DNA from: Gammaproteobacteria bacterium
GTDB lineage: Bacteria; Pseudomonadota; Gammaproteobacteria; Eutrophobiales; Eutrophobiaceae
Direction: 5' to 3'
DNA: 64,000 bases
NCBI GenBank assembly: GCA_965116495.1
Contig: OZ220696.1
Location: 4,064,001 to 4,128,000 of the forward strand
Of this stretch, positions 34,287-44,114 are shown piece after piece. The position numbers were made by a program, and so were the translations under genes. How positions within the stretch are numbered: the first letter of the stretch is position 1; each line of letters opens with the position of its first letter. The notes beneath the pieces were generated by a model. That model was not told where the DNA came from and did not search any database. It worked only from the letters and a program-made list of their open reading frames with translations.

Positions 34287-35648
34287 CTATAACAGGATAT
34301 CACGGATGTCTGTGAGAGTTTCTCCCAGTGTGCGGGTAAATTGCGCCGCGGCAACGCCGTCGATGACCCGGTGGTCATAGGAAAGGGAGTAGGGCAGGAC
34401 CAGCCGGGGCACAAACTTGCCGTCAAGGTAAACGGGCTTTGTCGCAGCCCGGGACACGCCGAGGATGGCTACTTCCGGTGAGTTGATGATGGGAGTGAAC
34501 CCGGTGCCGCCGATATGGCCCAGGCTGCTGATGGTAAAACATCCTCCCTCCATATCCGCCGGACGAAGTTTCTTGTCCCGGGCCTTTTGCGCCAGTTCTG
34601 CGAGTTCCGCCGCCAGGTCAAACATCCCTTTTTGATCGGCATCCTTCACCACGGGCACGAGCAGTCCCTGGTTGGTGTTTACCGCGAATCCGATATGGAA
34701 GTATTGTTTATAAACCAGTTCCTTGCCGTCCGGACTCAGGGAAGAGTTAAATTCCGGATATTTTCTCAGGGCGACAATTACAGCCTTGATCATGAAACTC
34801 AGCAGGGTGAGTTTGACGCCGCGCCGTTCGGCCTCGGATTTTTTCGACAGGCGGAAGGCTTCCAGTTCCGTTATATCCGTTTCATCGTGCTGGGTAACAT
34901 GGGGTACGTTGACCCAGTTGCGATGCAGGTTCTGGCCGCCGAGCCGTTTCAGACGCGCCAGTGACCGGGTTTCGACCGGCCCGAATTTGGAAAAATCCAC
35001 CGGGGGAATTTCCGGAACCGCGCTGCGGTCAAACACGCGTTTGCCTGTCATCACAGACTTGGTGAAGGCAATCACGTCTTGTTTTATTATGCGTCCTCTT
35101 TTGCCGCTGCCCTTGACCAGACCAAGGTCAACACCCAGTTCCCGGGCAAATTTACGCACACCCGGACTGGCATGAGCCCTGGAGGATGCACTTGAGCCAA
35201 TAGTCTGTGCGCCGGCCGGGGTCCTGGGCGCCGGTTTCGGACCGTGTCCCGGCGCCGGTGATGGATCTTCAGGCGCTTCAGCGGCCGTTTCTGCCGCTTT
35301 TTCTGTCCGGGCTTCAGTCCCTGCGGTAGTTGCCCCACCTTTTACAGCATCGGCCGGCATACCCTGATTACCATTGTCCGGAGATACTTTACCCCGGGCG
35401 CCGTTCTGCTCCAGTTTCAGTATCAATGCTCCCTGGGCCACGGTATCACCGACATTGACCAGGAGTTCCCTGACTGTACCGGCCGCGGGTGACGGGATGT
35501 CCATGGTTGCTTTTTCCGACTCCAGGGTGAGCAGGGTATCTTCCGGTTTTACCTTGTCACCCGTTTGAACTGCGATTTCGATGATTTCAACTGCATCGAA
35601 ATCACCGATATGAGGAACGAGAATATCAGTGAGCCGTCCCATGGTCAC
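34287..35648 (-). CDS. aceF: Pyruvate dehydrogenase E2 with a single lipoyl domain
   Basis: ESEKATMD, HASPGVRKFARE, DHRVIDG. Confidence 0.96.
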   Translation of the reverse strand: MTMGRLTDILVPHIGDFDAVEIIEIAVQTGDKVKPEDTLLTLESEKATMDIPSPAAGTVRELLVNVGDTVAQGALILKLEQNGARGKVSPDNGNQGMPADAVKGGATTAGTEARTEKAAETAAEAPEDPSPAPGHGPKPAPRTPAGAQTIGSSASSRAHASPGVRKFARELGVDLGLVKGSGKRGRIIKQDVIAFTKSVMTGKRVFDRSAVPEIPPVDFSKFGPVETRSLARLKRLGGQNLHRNWVNVPHVTQHDETDITELEAFRLSKKSEAERRGVKLTLLSFMIKAVIVALRKYPEFNSSLSPDGKELVYKQYFHIGFAVNTNQGLLVPVVKDADQKGMFDLAAELAELAQKARDKKLRPADMEGGCFTISSLGHIGGTGFTPIINSPEVAILGVSRAATKPVYLDGKFVPRLVLPYSLSYDHRVIDGVAAAQFTRTLGETLTDIRDILL

Positions 35649-38302
35649 ACGTACACCGGGTTGGGTTTTTCCGGATCGATATGGTAGTTCTTCATTGCCT
35701 CTGTGACCTTTGCTGCCGGTATTTTACCCGTATCGGCCAATGCCTTGAGAGCAGCGACAACGACGTAGTGACGGTCTATTTCAAAAAACTTCCTCAACTT
35801 GGCGCGGGTATCGCTCCTGCCGTAGCCATCGGTACCCAGTACCACGTAGGGAGCAGGTATGTGGCTCCGGACCTGGTCCGCATAGAGCTTCATATAGTCC
35901 GTTGCTGCTATCACGGGACCACCGCTACGTTCCAGGCATTGGCCGACGTAGCTTTTTTTCGCCACCTGTTCGGGGTGCAACATGTTCCAGCGGTCCACCT
36001 CCAGGCAGTCACGGCGCAACTCGTTAAAACTGGTTACACTCCAGACATCGGCGGCCATGCCGAAGTCATTATCGAGTAATTCTGCCGCGGCCATCACTTC
36101 CCGCAGGATGGTGCCCGAGCCTAACAACTGCACTCGCAGTTCCCCGCCGCCGCCCTCCTGTAACAGGTACATGCCTTTCAATATCCCTTCCGTCGAGTCT
36201 TCCGGCATTGGCGGATGCGGGTAGTTCTCGTTCATGACGGTAATATAGTAATAGACGTCTTCATTGTTGCCGTACATGCGGCGCAACCCGTCGTGAATAA
36301 TAACGGCCAGTTCGTAAGAATAGGTCGGGTCATAAGAAATACAATTGGGGATGGTGGACGCCAGCAGGTGACTGTGACCATCCTGGTGTTGCAATCCTTC
36401 TCCGGCCAGGGTAGTTCTACCGGCAGTACCGCCTATCAGAAAACCGCGGGAACGCAGGTCGCCGGCCGCCCAGGCAAGGTCGCCGGTGCGCTGGAATCCG
36501 AACATGGAGTAGAAGATATAAAACGGTATCATCTGAACCCTGTGGTGTTTATAGGCCGTGGCAGCCGCTATCCATGAGGAAAACGCCCCGGCTTCGGTAA
36601 TGCCCTCTTCGAGGATCTGCCCTTTTTTGTCTTCCCGATAATACATGACATGGTCGATGTCCACCGGCTCATAGAGTTGCCCCACGGATGAGTAGATACC
36701 CAGTTGCCTGAACATCCCTTCCATACCGAAAGTGCGGGCTTCATCCGGCACGATGGGGACGATGTATTTCCCTGCATTCCTGTCTTTTACCAGGGTATTG
36801 AGGATGCGAACGAAGGCCATCGTCGTGGATATCTCTCTCTTGCCTGTCCCTGCCAGCAGTTTCTCGTGGATACTGACGTCAGGCGTGTCCAGGGCTGGTG
36901 CCTCGGGCCATTTCTGCAGGTGGAAGCCGCCCAGCTTTTCCCGCCGTTCGTGCATATATTTCACCTCGGCGCTGTTTTCATCCGGTTTGTAAAAAGCGGC
37001 ATTGGCAACGTCTTCATCCGATACCGGTATATTGAAGCGTCGGCGAAAGGCCTTCAGGGCCTCCTCGCCCATCTTCTTTTGCTGGTGGGTGATATTTTGT
37101 CCCTCGCCAGCTTCACCCATGCCGTAGCCCTTGACCGTCTTTGCCAGGATGACCGTGGGTTGCCCTTTGTGTTTAACTGCGGCGGCGTAGGCAGCATAGA
37201 CTTTATGGGGGTCATGCCCGCCACGATTGAGACGCCATATATCCTCATCCGACATGTTGGCAACCAGCGCTGTCAGTTCCGGGTGTTTGCCGAAAAATTT
37301 TTCTCTCACGTAGGCGCCGTCGTTGGCCTTATAGGCCTGGTACTCCCCGTCTACCGTCTCTTCCATCACCTTGAGCAGTTTGCCTTCCGTATCCCGGGCG
37401 ATTAACGGGTCCCAGTATGAGCCCCAGATCACCTTGATAACGTTCCAGCCGGCGCCGCGAAAATCGGCCTCCAGTTCCTGGATGATTTTTCCGTTGCCGC
37501 GTACCGGGCCATCCAGCCGTTGCAGGTTGCAATTGATCACAAAGATCAGGTTATCCAGTTTTTCCCGGGCGGCAAGACCGATGGAACCCAATGATTCCGG
37601 TTCATCCATTTCCCCGTCTCCCATAAAAGCCCAGATCTTCCGGTCACTGGGCGGGATCAGTTCCCGGTGCTCCAGGTAACGCATGAACCTTGCCTGGTAG
37701 ATGGCCATCAGCGACCCCAGGCCCATGGAGACTGTGGGGAATTGCCAGAAGTCTGGCATCAGCCAGGGATGCGGATAGGAAGAGAGGCCATCACCGTCAA
37801 CCTCCTGGCGAAACTTGCTGATCTGTTCCTCACTGACCTGGCCATACAGGAAGGCGCGGGCATATATGCCCGGCGCGGAGTGTCCCTGGATAAAAACCAG
37901 GTCGCCGTCCTGTTGTTCCGTGGCAGCGCGAAAAAAGTGGTTGAAACCCACGTCATAAAGTGTCGCAGACGAGGCGAAGCTGGCGATATGCCCGCCCAGT
38001 TCGGCACTGTAACGATTGGCGCGGACGACCATGGCCAGCGCGTTCCAGCGTATCAGCGACCGGATACGCCATTCCATGCCGGAGTCGCCCGGCGCACGTT
38101 CTTCCCGGGACGGCGGGATGGTATTCAGGTAGGCGGTATTGGCCGAATAGGGCAGGTAGGCGCCCGATTTTCTTGCCTTGGCAATCAACTGTTCCAGCAG
38201 GTAGTGCGCTCGCTCTATGCCTTCCTGGGCCAGAACTGAATCCAGCGCTTCAAGCCATTCCTGGGTTTCCTGCGGGTCGACATCGTTTATTTTTTCCGGC
38301 AT
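35645..38302 (-). CDS. aceE: Pyruvate dehydrogenase E1 (homodimeric type)
   Basis: DVDPQETQEWL, GDGEMDEPES, GEGLQHQDG; start set at MPEKIND. Confidence 0.98.
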   Translation of the reverse strand: MPEKINDVDPQETQEWLEALDSVLAQEGIERAHYLLEQLIAKARKSGAYLPYSANTAYLNTIPPSREERAPGDSGMEWRIRSLIRWNALAMVVRANRYSAELGGHIASFASSATLYDVGFNHFFRAATEQQDGDLVFIQGHSAPGIYARAFLYGQVSEEQISKFRQEVDGDGLSSYPHPWLMPDFWQFPTVSMGLGSLMAIYQARFMRYLEHRELIPPSDRKIWAFMGDGEMDEPESLGSIGLAAREKLDNLIFVINCNLQRLDGPVRGNGKIIQELEADFRGAGWNVIKVIWGSYWDPLIARDTEGKLLKVMEETVDGEYQAYKANDGAYVREKFFGKHPELTALVANMSDEDIWRLNRGGHDPHKVYAAYAAAVKHKGQPTVILAKTVKGYGMGEAGEGQNITHQQKKMGEEALKAFRRRFNIPVSDEDVANAAFYKPDENSAEVKYMHERREKLGGFHLQKWPEAPALDTPDVSIHEKLLAGTGKREISTTMAFVRILNTLVKDRNAGKYIVPIVPDEARTFGMEGMFRQLGIYSSVGQLYEPVDIDHVMYYREDKKGQILEEGITEAGAFSSWIAAATAYKHHRVQMIPFYIFYSMFGFQRTGDLAWAAGDLRSRGFLIGGTAGRTTLAGEGLQHQDGHSHLLASTIPNCISYDPTYSYELAVIIHDGLRRMYGNNEDVYYYITVMNENYPHPPMPEDSTEGILKGMYLLQEGGGGELRVQLLGSGTILREVMAAAELLDNDFGMAADVWSVTSFNELRRDCLEVDRWNMLHPEQVAKKSYVGQCLERSGGPVIAATDYMKLYADQVRSHIPAPYVVLGTDGYGRSDTRAKLRKFFEIDRHYVVVAALKALADTGKIPAAKVTEAMKNYHIDPEKPNPVYV

Positions 38303-38384
38303 GCGTTCAGCTTGTCCGATGGGTGAGCAAATGCCGCCAGGGATTATACCTGTTACGATGATAAAAGGCTTGGTCCGCGAATAG

Positions 38385-38424
38385 AAAAAAAAGACCGCCA
38401 CCGGAGGGGGAGAACCGGTAGCGG
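38385..38424 (-). terminator. Rho-independent terminator
   Basis: Minus strand CCGCTACCGG-TTCTCCCCCT-CCGGTGGCGG-TC-T8. Confidence 0.8.
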
Positions 38425-38542
38425 CAAAGTTGGGAGCTAGGGCGCTCCCGGGGGATAGAGGGGAGAAAAACCTGTATCAGCACTATTACATGCTATCCAC
38501 TTGGTTAACAATCCAGCCTCTCTGAGTAGTTCTGTGCCGATT

Positions 38543-38836
38543 TCAATTCAATACACCAAACCGGTACGGTTGCGGAATACCGGTACTGCGGTTGGCAACC
38601 GGAAACCCGAAACGCCTCGCCTGGACGTCTTGAGCCTTATCGCCCAGCGTGGGAACAATCAGCCGGTTGCTCTCATACAGGCGCTGCACGTTGTCTTTCA
38701 ATTCCTGAAAAATCTGTGTGCGCATGGCGTTGTCCAGGTAGCTATCGAGCTCATCTGCGTGATTCTCGACGCTGGCCAGCACAAGTAAGCCTGCAATCAA
38801 AGTGGCGGCAAAGGTTTTGCCGGTTAAGATTTTCAC
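38543..38836 (-). CDS. Small putatively exported hypothetical protein
   Basis: AAGGAG RBS, GTG start, signal-like N-terminus ..ENHA-DE. Confidence 0.6.
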   Translation of the reverse strand: MKILTGKTFAATLIAGLLVLASVENHADELDSYLDNAMRTQIFQELKDNVQRLYESNRLIVPTLGDKAQDVQARRFGFPVANRSTGIPQPYRFGVLN

Positions 38837-38858
38837 TCTCTTTCTCCTTAAATATGTA

Positions 38859-39002
38859 AGTTACCTAACTAAATATGGGCGAAAAAATATTTTTAACAGT
38901 GTGGAATAAATTCATCACCTACAGCCGACAGACATTGCGACAAAATAAGTCACCTGTTTTATTGAATATCATATCTTTCATATCTTTCTAAGTTAAATAA
39001 CT
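38859..39002. promoter_or_regulatory. Two AGTTA-N2-TAACT palindromes, putative TetR operators
   Basis: 38859-38870 AGTTACCTAACT and 38991-39002 AGTTAAATAACT; related site at 39640-39651 upstream of the TetR gene. Confidence 0.6.
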
Positions 39003-39034
39003 AACTAAAATTCTGTTCAAAAAAAATTCGCCGT

Positions 39035-39628
39035 TTATGCGGCAGCCAGTCCTTCACTCCGTGACGCCGGATCAATGTTTTCTACCCAGTCAGCCACCGC
39101 GTTAAATTGCTCTTTCAGTCGCCGGGGGTCCCGCAGGATATTACCCAGCAAAATAACTCCTTCTATACGGGCAACGAATTCAAATCCCAGTTTCTCCGGT
39201 TGTTTCATGTCCATGAGAAGAAACTGCTCCGTTGACCAGTCCACCAGGTATTTCATACAACTGTCCGCAGAATCCATGAGTTCGCCAAATTCCTCATCCA
39301 GGTCCTGACACAGGCCACTCAATGGGCACCCTGCGTCTGCCAATTCCTTACTGTGACTGCTCATTACCTTGATTAGATTCATCAAGGCCTCTTTTGGTTC
39401 CCTCCTTCTGCAACAATTCTTCAACATATTTGATAACGTTTGCTTCCGTTCAGAGATCACCGCTTTGCAGATATCTTCCTTGGTCTTGAAATAATAGTAC
39501 ACGTTACCCAACGGAACCCTGGCCTCTTCAGCTATATGGGCCAGCGTAGTACGACAAAACCCCTGCCTGTGTATCAGGGTGTCTGCAGCACTAATCAAGC
39601 GTTCACGTTTATCACTAATCCTGGGCAT
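39035..39628 (-). CDS. TetR/AcrR-family regulator
   Basis: GFCRTTLAHIAEEARVPLGNVYYYFKTKE HTH; GCP motif. Confidence 0.92.
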   Translation of the reverse strand: MPRISDKRERLISAADTLIHRQGFCRTTLAHIAEEARVPLGNVYYYFKTKEDICKAVISERKQTLSNMLKNCCRRREPKEALMNLIKVMSSHSKELADAGCPLSGLCQDLDEEFGELMDSADSCMKYLVDWSTEQFLLMDMKQPEKLGFEFVARIEGVILLGNILRDPRRLKEQFNAVADWVENIDPASRSEGLAAA

Positions 39629-39692
39629 AAACAGACCTTAGTTAGCTACTTGACTAAGCATTATAGTGATTGAATATGATATGTCAAGTCTT

Positions 39693-39739
39693 TTTTCTAA
39701 AAATTTTCTAAAAATTTTCTAAAAATGTTTTTCTAAAAA
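39693..39739. repeat. Four copies of the 11-bp unit TTTTCTAAAAA
   Basis: Three perfect tandem units and one offset unit. Confidence 0.85.
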
Positions 39740-39820
39740 AATTAATGAGCCCTGATTTATCCGGGTTTTCTTAATACGGTTTGCTTTGATATTACGTAAC
39801 TCAGGGCATATAATCGCTTT

Positions 39821-40345
39821 ATGTATATATCAAGAGTACTTCTCGCAGTAATTTTCGTCTTGTCCGGCCTCCCTGCCGTGGCCGAACCTGAGGTGGGGCG
39901 GCCCGCCCCCGCATTTTCAATGCCGGATCAATACATGAAGACCCATAGCCTGGAGCAGTATCTCGGCAAGTGGGTGGTAGTGTATTTTTATCCGAAGGAT
40001 GACACGCCCGGTTGCACCACGGAGGCCTGCAACTTCCGGGATGATATCTTCAAGCTGCGGGCAATGGACGCCGAAGTCCTGGGAGTCAGTCTCGATAGCA
40101 CCGAAAGCCATGCCCGTTTCGCGGAAAAATACGGCCTGCCGTTTCCGTTATTATCCGATGCGGCAGGTGAAACAGCCGGGCAATACGGTTGCCTCACGGA
40201 GTGGAGAGGGATGACAATCGCTGCGCGGCATACTTTCATCATCGACCCCGGCGGCAACATCGCGAAGATCTACCGGGAAGTGGACCCCGACACCCACAGC
40301 GCCCAAGTCCTGGCAGACCTGGCATCCCTGCAAGCTGACGAATAA
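39821..40345 (+). CDS. bcp: BCP-type peroxiredoxin with signal peptide
   Basis: YFYPKDDTPGCTTEAC. Confidence 0.9.
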   Translation: MYISRVLLAVIFVLSGLPAVAEPEVGRPAPAFSMPDQYMKTHSLEQYLGKWVVVYFYPKDDTPGCTTEACNFRDDIFKLRAMDAEVLGVSLDSTESHARFAEKYGLPFPLLSDAAGETAGQYGCLTEWRGMTIAARHTFIIDPGGNIAKIYREVDPDTHSAQVLADLASLQADE

Positions 40346-40426
40346 AATACCGTTTCAAGCTTTATTTTATTGCTACACAAGGAATTGTGGCCTGCTCTCA
40401 GTCTTCGTTGATTTCACACACAAAAA

Positions 40427-40455
40427 GTAATACAATTTTGTGCATATTGTATTAC
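40427..40455. promoter_or_regulatory. Operator palindrome of the TA operon
   Basis: GTAATACAAT-N9-ATTGTATTAC, perfect 10-bp arms just before the RBS. Confidence 0.7.
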
Positions 40456-40465
40456 GGAGGTAATT

Positions 40466-40693
40466 ATGCGGACTATTTCTGTAAAAATTCCTGTATATCT
40501 TGATGAACAGCTTGCCAGGATTTCCGAACAGCGCTGTTTATCGCGGTCAAATATTATACGCGATGCAATCACTGCCTATGTAACTGAACCTGATAAGTCA
40601 TTTACTGCGCTTGCAAGTGATCTGGCCGGTTCCTTGTCAGGTCCCGAAGATTTATCCACATCGGCTGAGCACCTGGCTGAATATGGCCGATGA
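40466..40693 (+). CDS. RHH/CopG antitoxin
   Basis: MRTISVKIP..SRSNIIRDA..AGSLSGPEDLST. Confidence 0.85.
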   Translation: MRTISVKIPVYLDEQLARISEQRCLSRSNIIRDAITAYVTEPDKSFTALASDLAGSLSGPEDLSTSAEHLAEYGR

Positions 40694-41100
40694 CCAGAAT
40701 TATTCTTGACACTGGGCCTATAGTTGCTTTTTTAAACAAGCGGGACAGATATTTCACCTGGGCAAATGAAATATTCAATTTATTGGAACCGCCTGTTTAT
40801 ACCTGTGAATCCGTCATCTCCGAAGCCTGCTTCCTGCTGCGTAATATTGAGGGTGGTTCAATCGCCGTTGCTGAACTTATAGAGCGTAAATTGGTAGTAA
40901 TAGATTTCGATTTATCCGGGGAAATACAAGCCGTCAAAAAGCTGATGTCGAGATATGCAAACATCCCGATGTCACTGGCAGACGCCTGTTTAATCCGGAT
41001 GACTGAGATTACAAAAAACTCTCAAATAATCACCCTCGATCAGGATTTCAACATATATCGCCGCTTTGATCGTCAGCAAGTGCCGGTGTTGATGCCATGA
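40690..41100 (+). CDS. vapC: VapC PIN-domain toxin
   Basis: ILDTGPIVA, ESVISEA, MSLADACL, TLDQDF. Confidence 0.88.
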   Translation: MTRIILDTGPIVAFLNKRDRYFTWANEIFNLLEPPVYTCESVISEACFLLRNIEGGSIAVAELIERKLVVIDFDLSGEIQAVKKLMSRYANIPMSLADACLIRMTEITKNSQIITLDQDFNIYRRFDRQQVPVLMP

Positions 41101-41218
41101 AATTTGTTATGGAGATAAAATAAAGAAGCCTTAAGTGGTAAGACTCACAACCTAATCAATGTTAGTTTTTCCAGACGTTGTACCACGTCAAATAACTTTA
41201 GGCACATAGATTAATAAA

Positions 41219-42508
41219 ATGGGAAATGTTACCCCATATGATATCTTGAGTATGGATGATCCATTAACCCAGGAAAATGCTGAAATTCTATGTGATTACA
41301 AGGAAGAGGACGAGTACGTTGATTACAAATCGCAGTTTAAATCTGGTAGTGAGAAAGACTGGCTTGAGATTACCAAAGACATTATGGCATTCGCCAATAC
41401 CTATGGGGGGTTTTTAGTTTATGGTGTAGAAGATCAATCAAAAAAAATTATCGGAATTACTGATGAAGAGGCCAAGAAAATTGCTGATACAAATAATATT
41501 CAACAAAAAATAAACCGATTTATTGAGCCAAGTATCACCACCATTCGAACAAAAATGTTCAATGTTGATGAACAAACTGTAGCAATAATTTATGTACCTC
41601 AATCGAAGGATTTAACACATATTATTTCAAAGGACGGAGAGTTTTCGCATCAAAGTGGCAATAAAAAAGTAATGCTGAGAAAAGGCACATTTTATGTCAG
41701 GCATTCAGCGACTAATCATCTTGGAGATAGCGTTGATTTTGAAAAAATGATTGAAAGGAGAATTGATCAATTTCGAGAAGCATTGATGGATAAAGTGGCT
41801 AAAGTAGTGCATTCACCAATCGCAAGTGACGTATATATCCTAAATGAGGATACGACGGAATTAGATATAGAGACAAAGCAGGTAAAGATAACAGATTCTC
41901 CTGATGCTATACCCGTAAAAGGAATTGGCTTTACGACCGAACCAAAAGGAGTTGATCAAAAAGTCGCAGCTTGGACAGTATTATCTAAGGGTCAATTCAA
42001 TGTTGAGCTGCCTCGAGAACAAATTTGGTCATGGTATTTTCAAAGGGAAAGAAATGAACCTCAAAATGCTCATAAATTAAGCATTTTCAAATTTTCTCTT
42101 AGTTATGGAATTCCATGCTTCTATTGGATTCAAGGCATGAAAGCTCAAATCATCCGGGAAGAACTACTCACTTCGATAAAGAATAGAACATCGAATCGCA
42201 ATGTCGATTATATGCTTAGGGTTGCTAGTTTTCTAGGTGAGCCCTTTTACAAAAAAGCTCTTCTCGCATTGGGAGAATATGCCAACAAGATTGCTCCTAA
42301 GGACGAAAAATATCCTGAATCAGATTTAATGCAAACTCACAAAAAAATTCGCGAAATAAAACAGGTACAATCAAATTGGGATGAAATGAAGTCTAAATTA
42401 AATAGCATTGCCCAATTAGGTATTGAAAAACCTGTTATTACTCAGCGATTATGGAAGTCTCAAAATCTCGATTGTTACTTATATGCCCAAACTGATAAAT
42501 ATATTTGA
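41219..42508 (+). CDS. AlbA_2 (Schlafen-like) domain protein with an unknown C-terminal region
   Basis: EDEYVDYKS..KDIMAFANTYGGFLVYGVED..FYVRH; AT-rich. Confidence 0.85.
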   Translation: MGNVTPYDILSMDDPLTQENAEILCDYKEEDEYVDYKSQFKSGSEKDWLEITKDIMAFANTYGGFLVYGVEDQSKKIIGITDEEAKKIADTNNIQQKINRFIEPSITTIRTKMFNVDEQTVAIIYVPQSKDLTHIISKDGEFSHQSGNKKVMLRKGTFYVRHSATNHLGDSVDFEKMIERRIDQFREALMDKVAKVVHSPIASDVYILNEDTTELDIETKQVKITDSPDAIPVKGIGFTTEPKGVDQKVAAWTVLSKGQFNVELPREQIWSWYFQRERNEPQNAHKLSIFKFSLSYGIPCFYWIQGMKAQIIREELLTSIKNRTSNRNVDYMLRVASFLGEPFYKKALLALGEYANKIAPKDEKYPESDLMQTHKKIREIKQVQSNWDEMKSKLNSIAQLGIEKPVITQRLWKSQNLDCYLYAQTDKYI

Positions 42509-44114
42509 ATTTGAAAGTTCAAGCCCGGGTTGATAGTTAGCAATTTTATGCTTGTTGCAGACAAGTAGACAAAAAAGCACCTATATCAAGACATCAGGAA
42601 TTAAGGATAGATTGATCTTATTAATGAACCAACGACAGGGAGTAACCCCCTTATAAATTACGCCAGCATATGATCAAGTTGTGGTTTGAGACATTTGTTG
42701 AGCATAAAGAAAAAATATGAGCAAAACAGTATTTACGAAAGTCGATTATGACTTGGATTCACTAACCAAATATATTGGTCTCGGAGAAATTGGATTACCC
42801 GATATTCAACGTCCCTTCGTCTGGAAAAATGTCAAAGTTCGCGATTTGTTTGATTCTATGTATAAGGGTTATCCGGTTGGTTATTTGCTCTTCTGGAAAA
42901 ATGGTGTTAATCCTGATACGCGGACTATAGGCACCGACAGTAAACAGAAACCACCACGTCTGGTTATAGTGGATGGTCAGCAGAGGCTTACTTCACTTTA
43001 TGCAGTAGTGAAAAATGTTGCGGTAGTGCGGGATAATTTCGAGACTGAGCATATTCATATTGCTTTCAATCCCGTTGAAGAGAAATTTGAAGTAGCTGAC
43101 GCGGCTATCAGACGAGATAAAGCGTTCATTCCAGATATTTCGATACTTTGGAGTGAAAAGACTGATTTATTTGAGGTTGTCGATAACTATCTGGATGGAC
43201 TAACAACAGTTCGTGAAGTTAGTCAGAATGAACTCAAACGCATCCGTAAAGCTATTAGTAATCTGTATGGATTACTAAACTTCCCATTTACCGTTCTCGA
43301 ATTGGCAGCTGATATAGATGAAGAATCTGTATCGGATGTATTTGTCCGCATTAATAGCAAGGGGACACCCCTGAATCAGGCGGATTTCATTCTCACCCTC
43401 ATGTCTATGTTCTGGAACGAGGGTCGCGCCAAATTGGAAAGTTTTTGCCGGGACTCACGAAATCCATCTAAAGGAGATGCATCATCTTTTAACCATTATG
43501 TAGAACCATCACCAGAGCAACTCTTGCGCGTTGCGGTTGGGTTAGCATTCAAACGTGCTCGATTGAAATATGTTTATTCTATTCTTCGTGGTAAAGATTT
43601 GGAGACAGAAAAATTCAGTGAAGAACGGCGAATTCAGCAGTTTGAGTATCTTAAAGATGCACAGGAAAGAACGCTCAATCTTCAATATTGGCATGACTTC
43701 ATGAGCAGTATTCGCTCAGCTGGCTTCAGAAGCTCGAAGATGATTAGCTCCCAAAATAATATACTGTTCTCATATTTGCTGTATTTAATTGGACGTACTG
43801 AATACAAGGTTAGTGAATTCGATCTTCGGCAGGCAATTGCACGCTGGTTCTTTATGTCGAGCGTCACAGGTCGTTTTACTGGTAATGCAGAAACAGTCAT
43901 GGAATCCGACTTGGCAAGATTACGTGATATCAGTACAGCTGTCGGCTTCGTGCAGATGCTAAATCACGTATGTGATATTACACTTAATGATGACTTCTGG
44001 AGTTTCTCCTTACCAAATGATCTGGCAACCTCATCACCACGCAGCCCGTCGTTATTTGCATATCATGCTGCACTGATATTGCTGGATGCCAACGTATTAT
44101 TTTCCAGAACTAAA

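Noticed and set aside
41150-41203. attC-like hairpin (ACCTAAT..GTTAGTTT..AAATAAC-TTTAGGC) before the AlbA_2 gene
   Set aside because: The core boxes lack AAC/GTT, the spacing does not fit attC, and no integrase or second site was seen.
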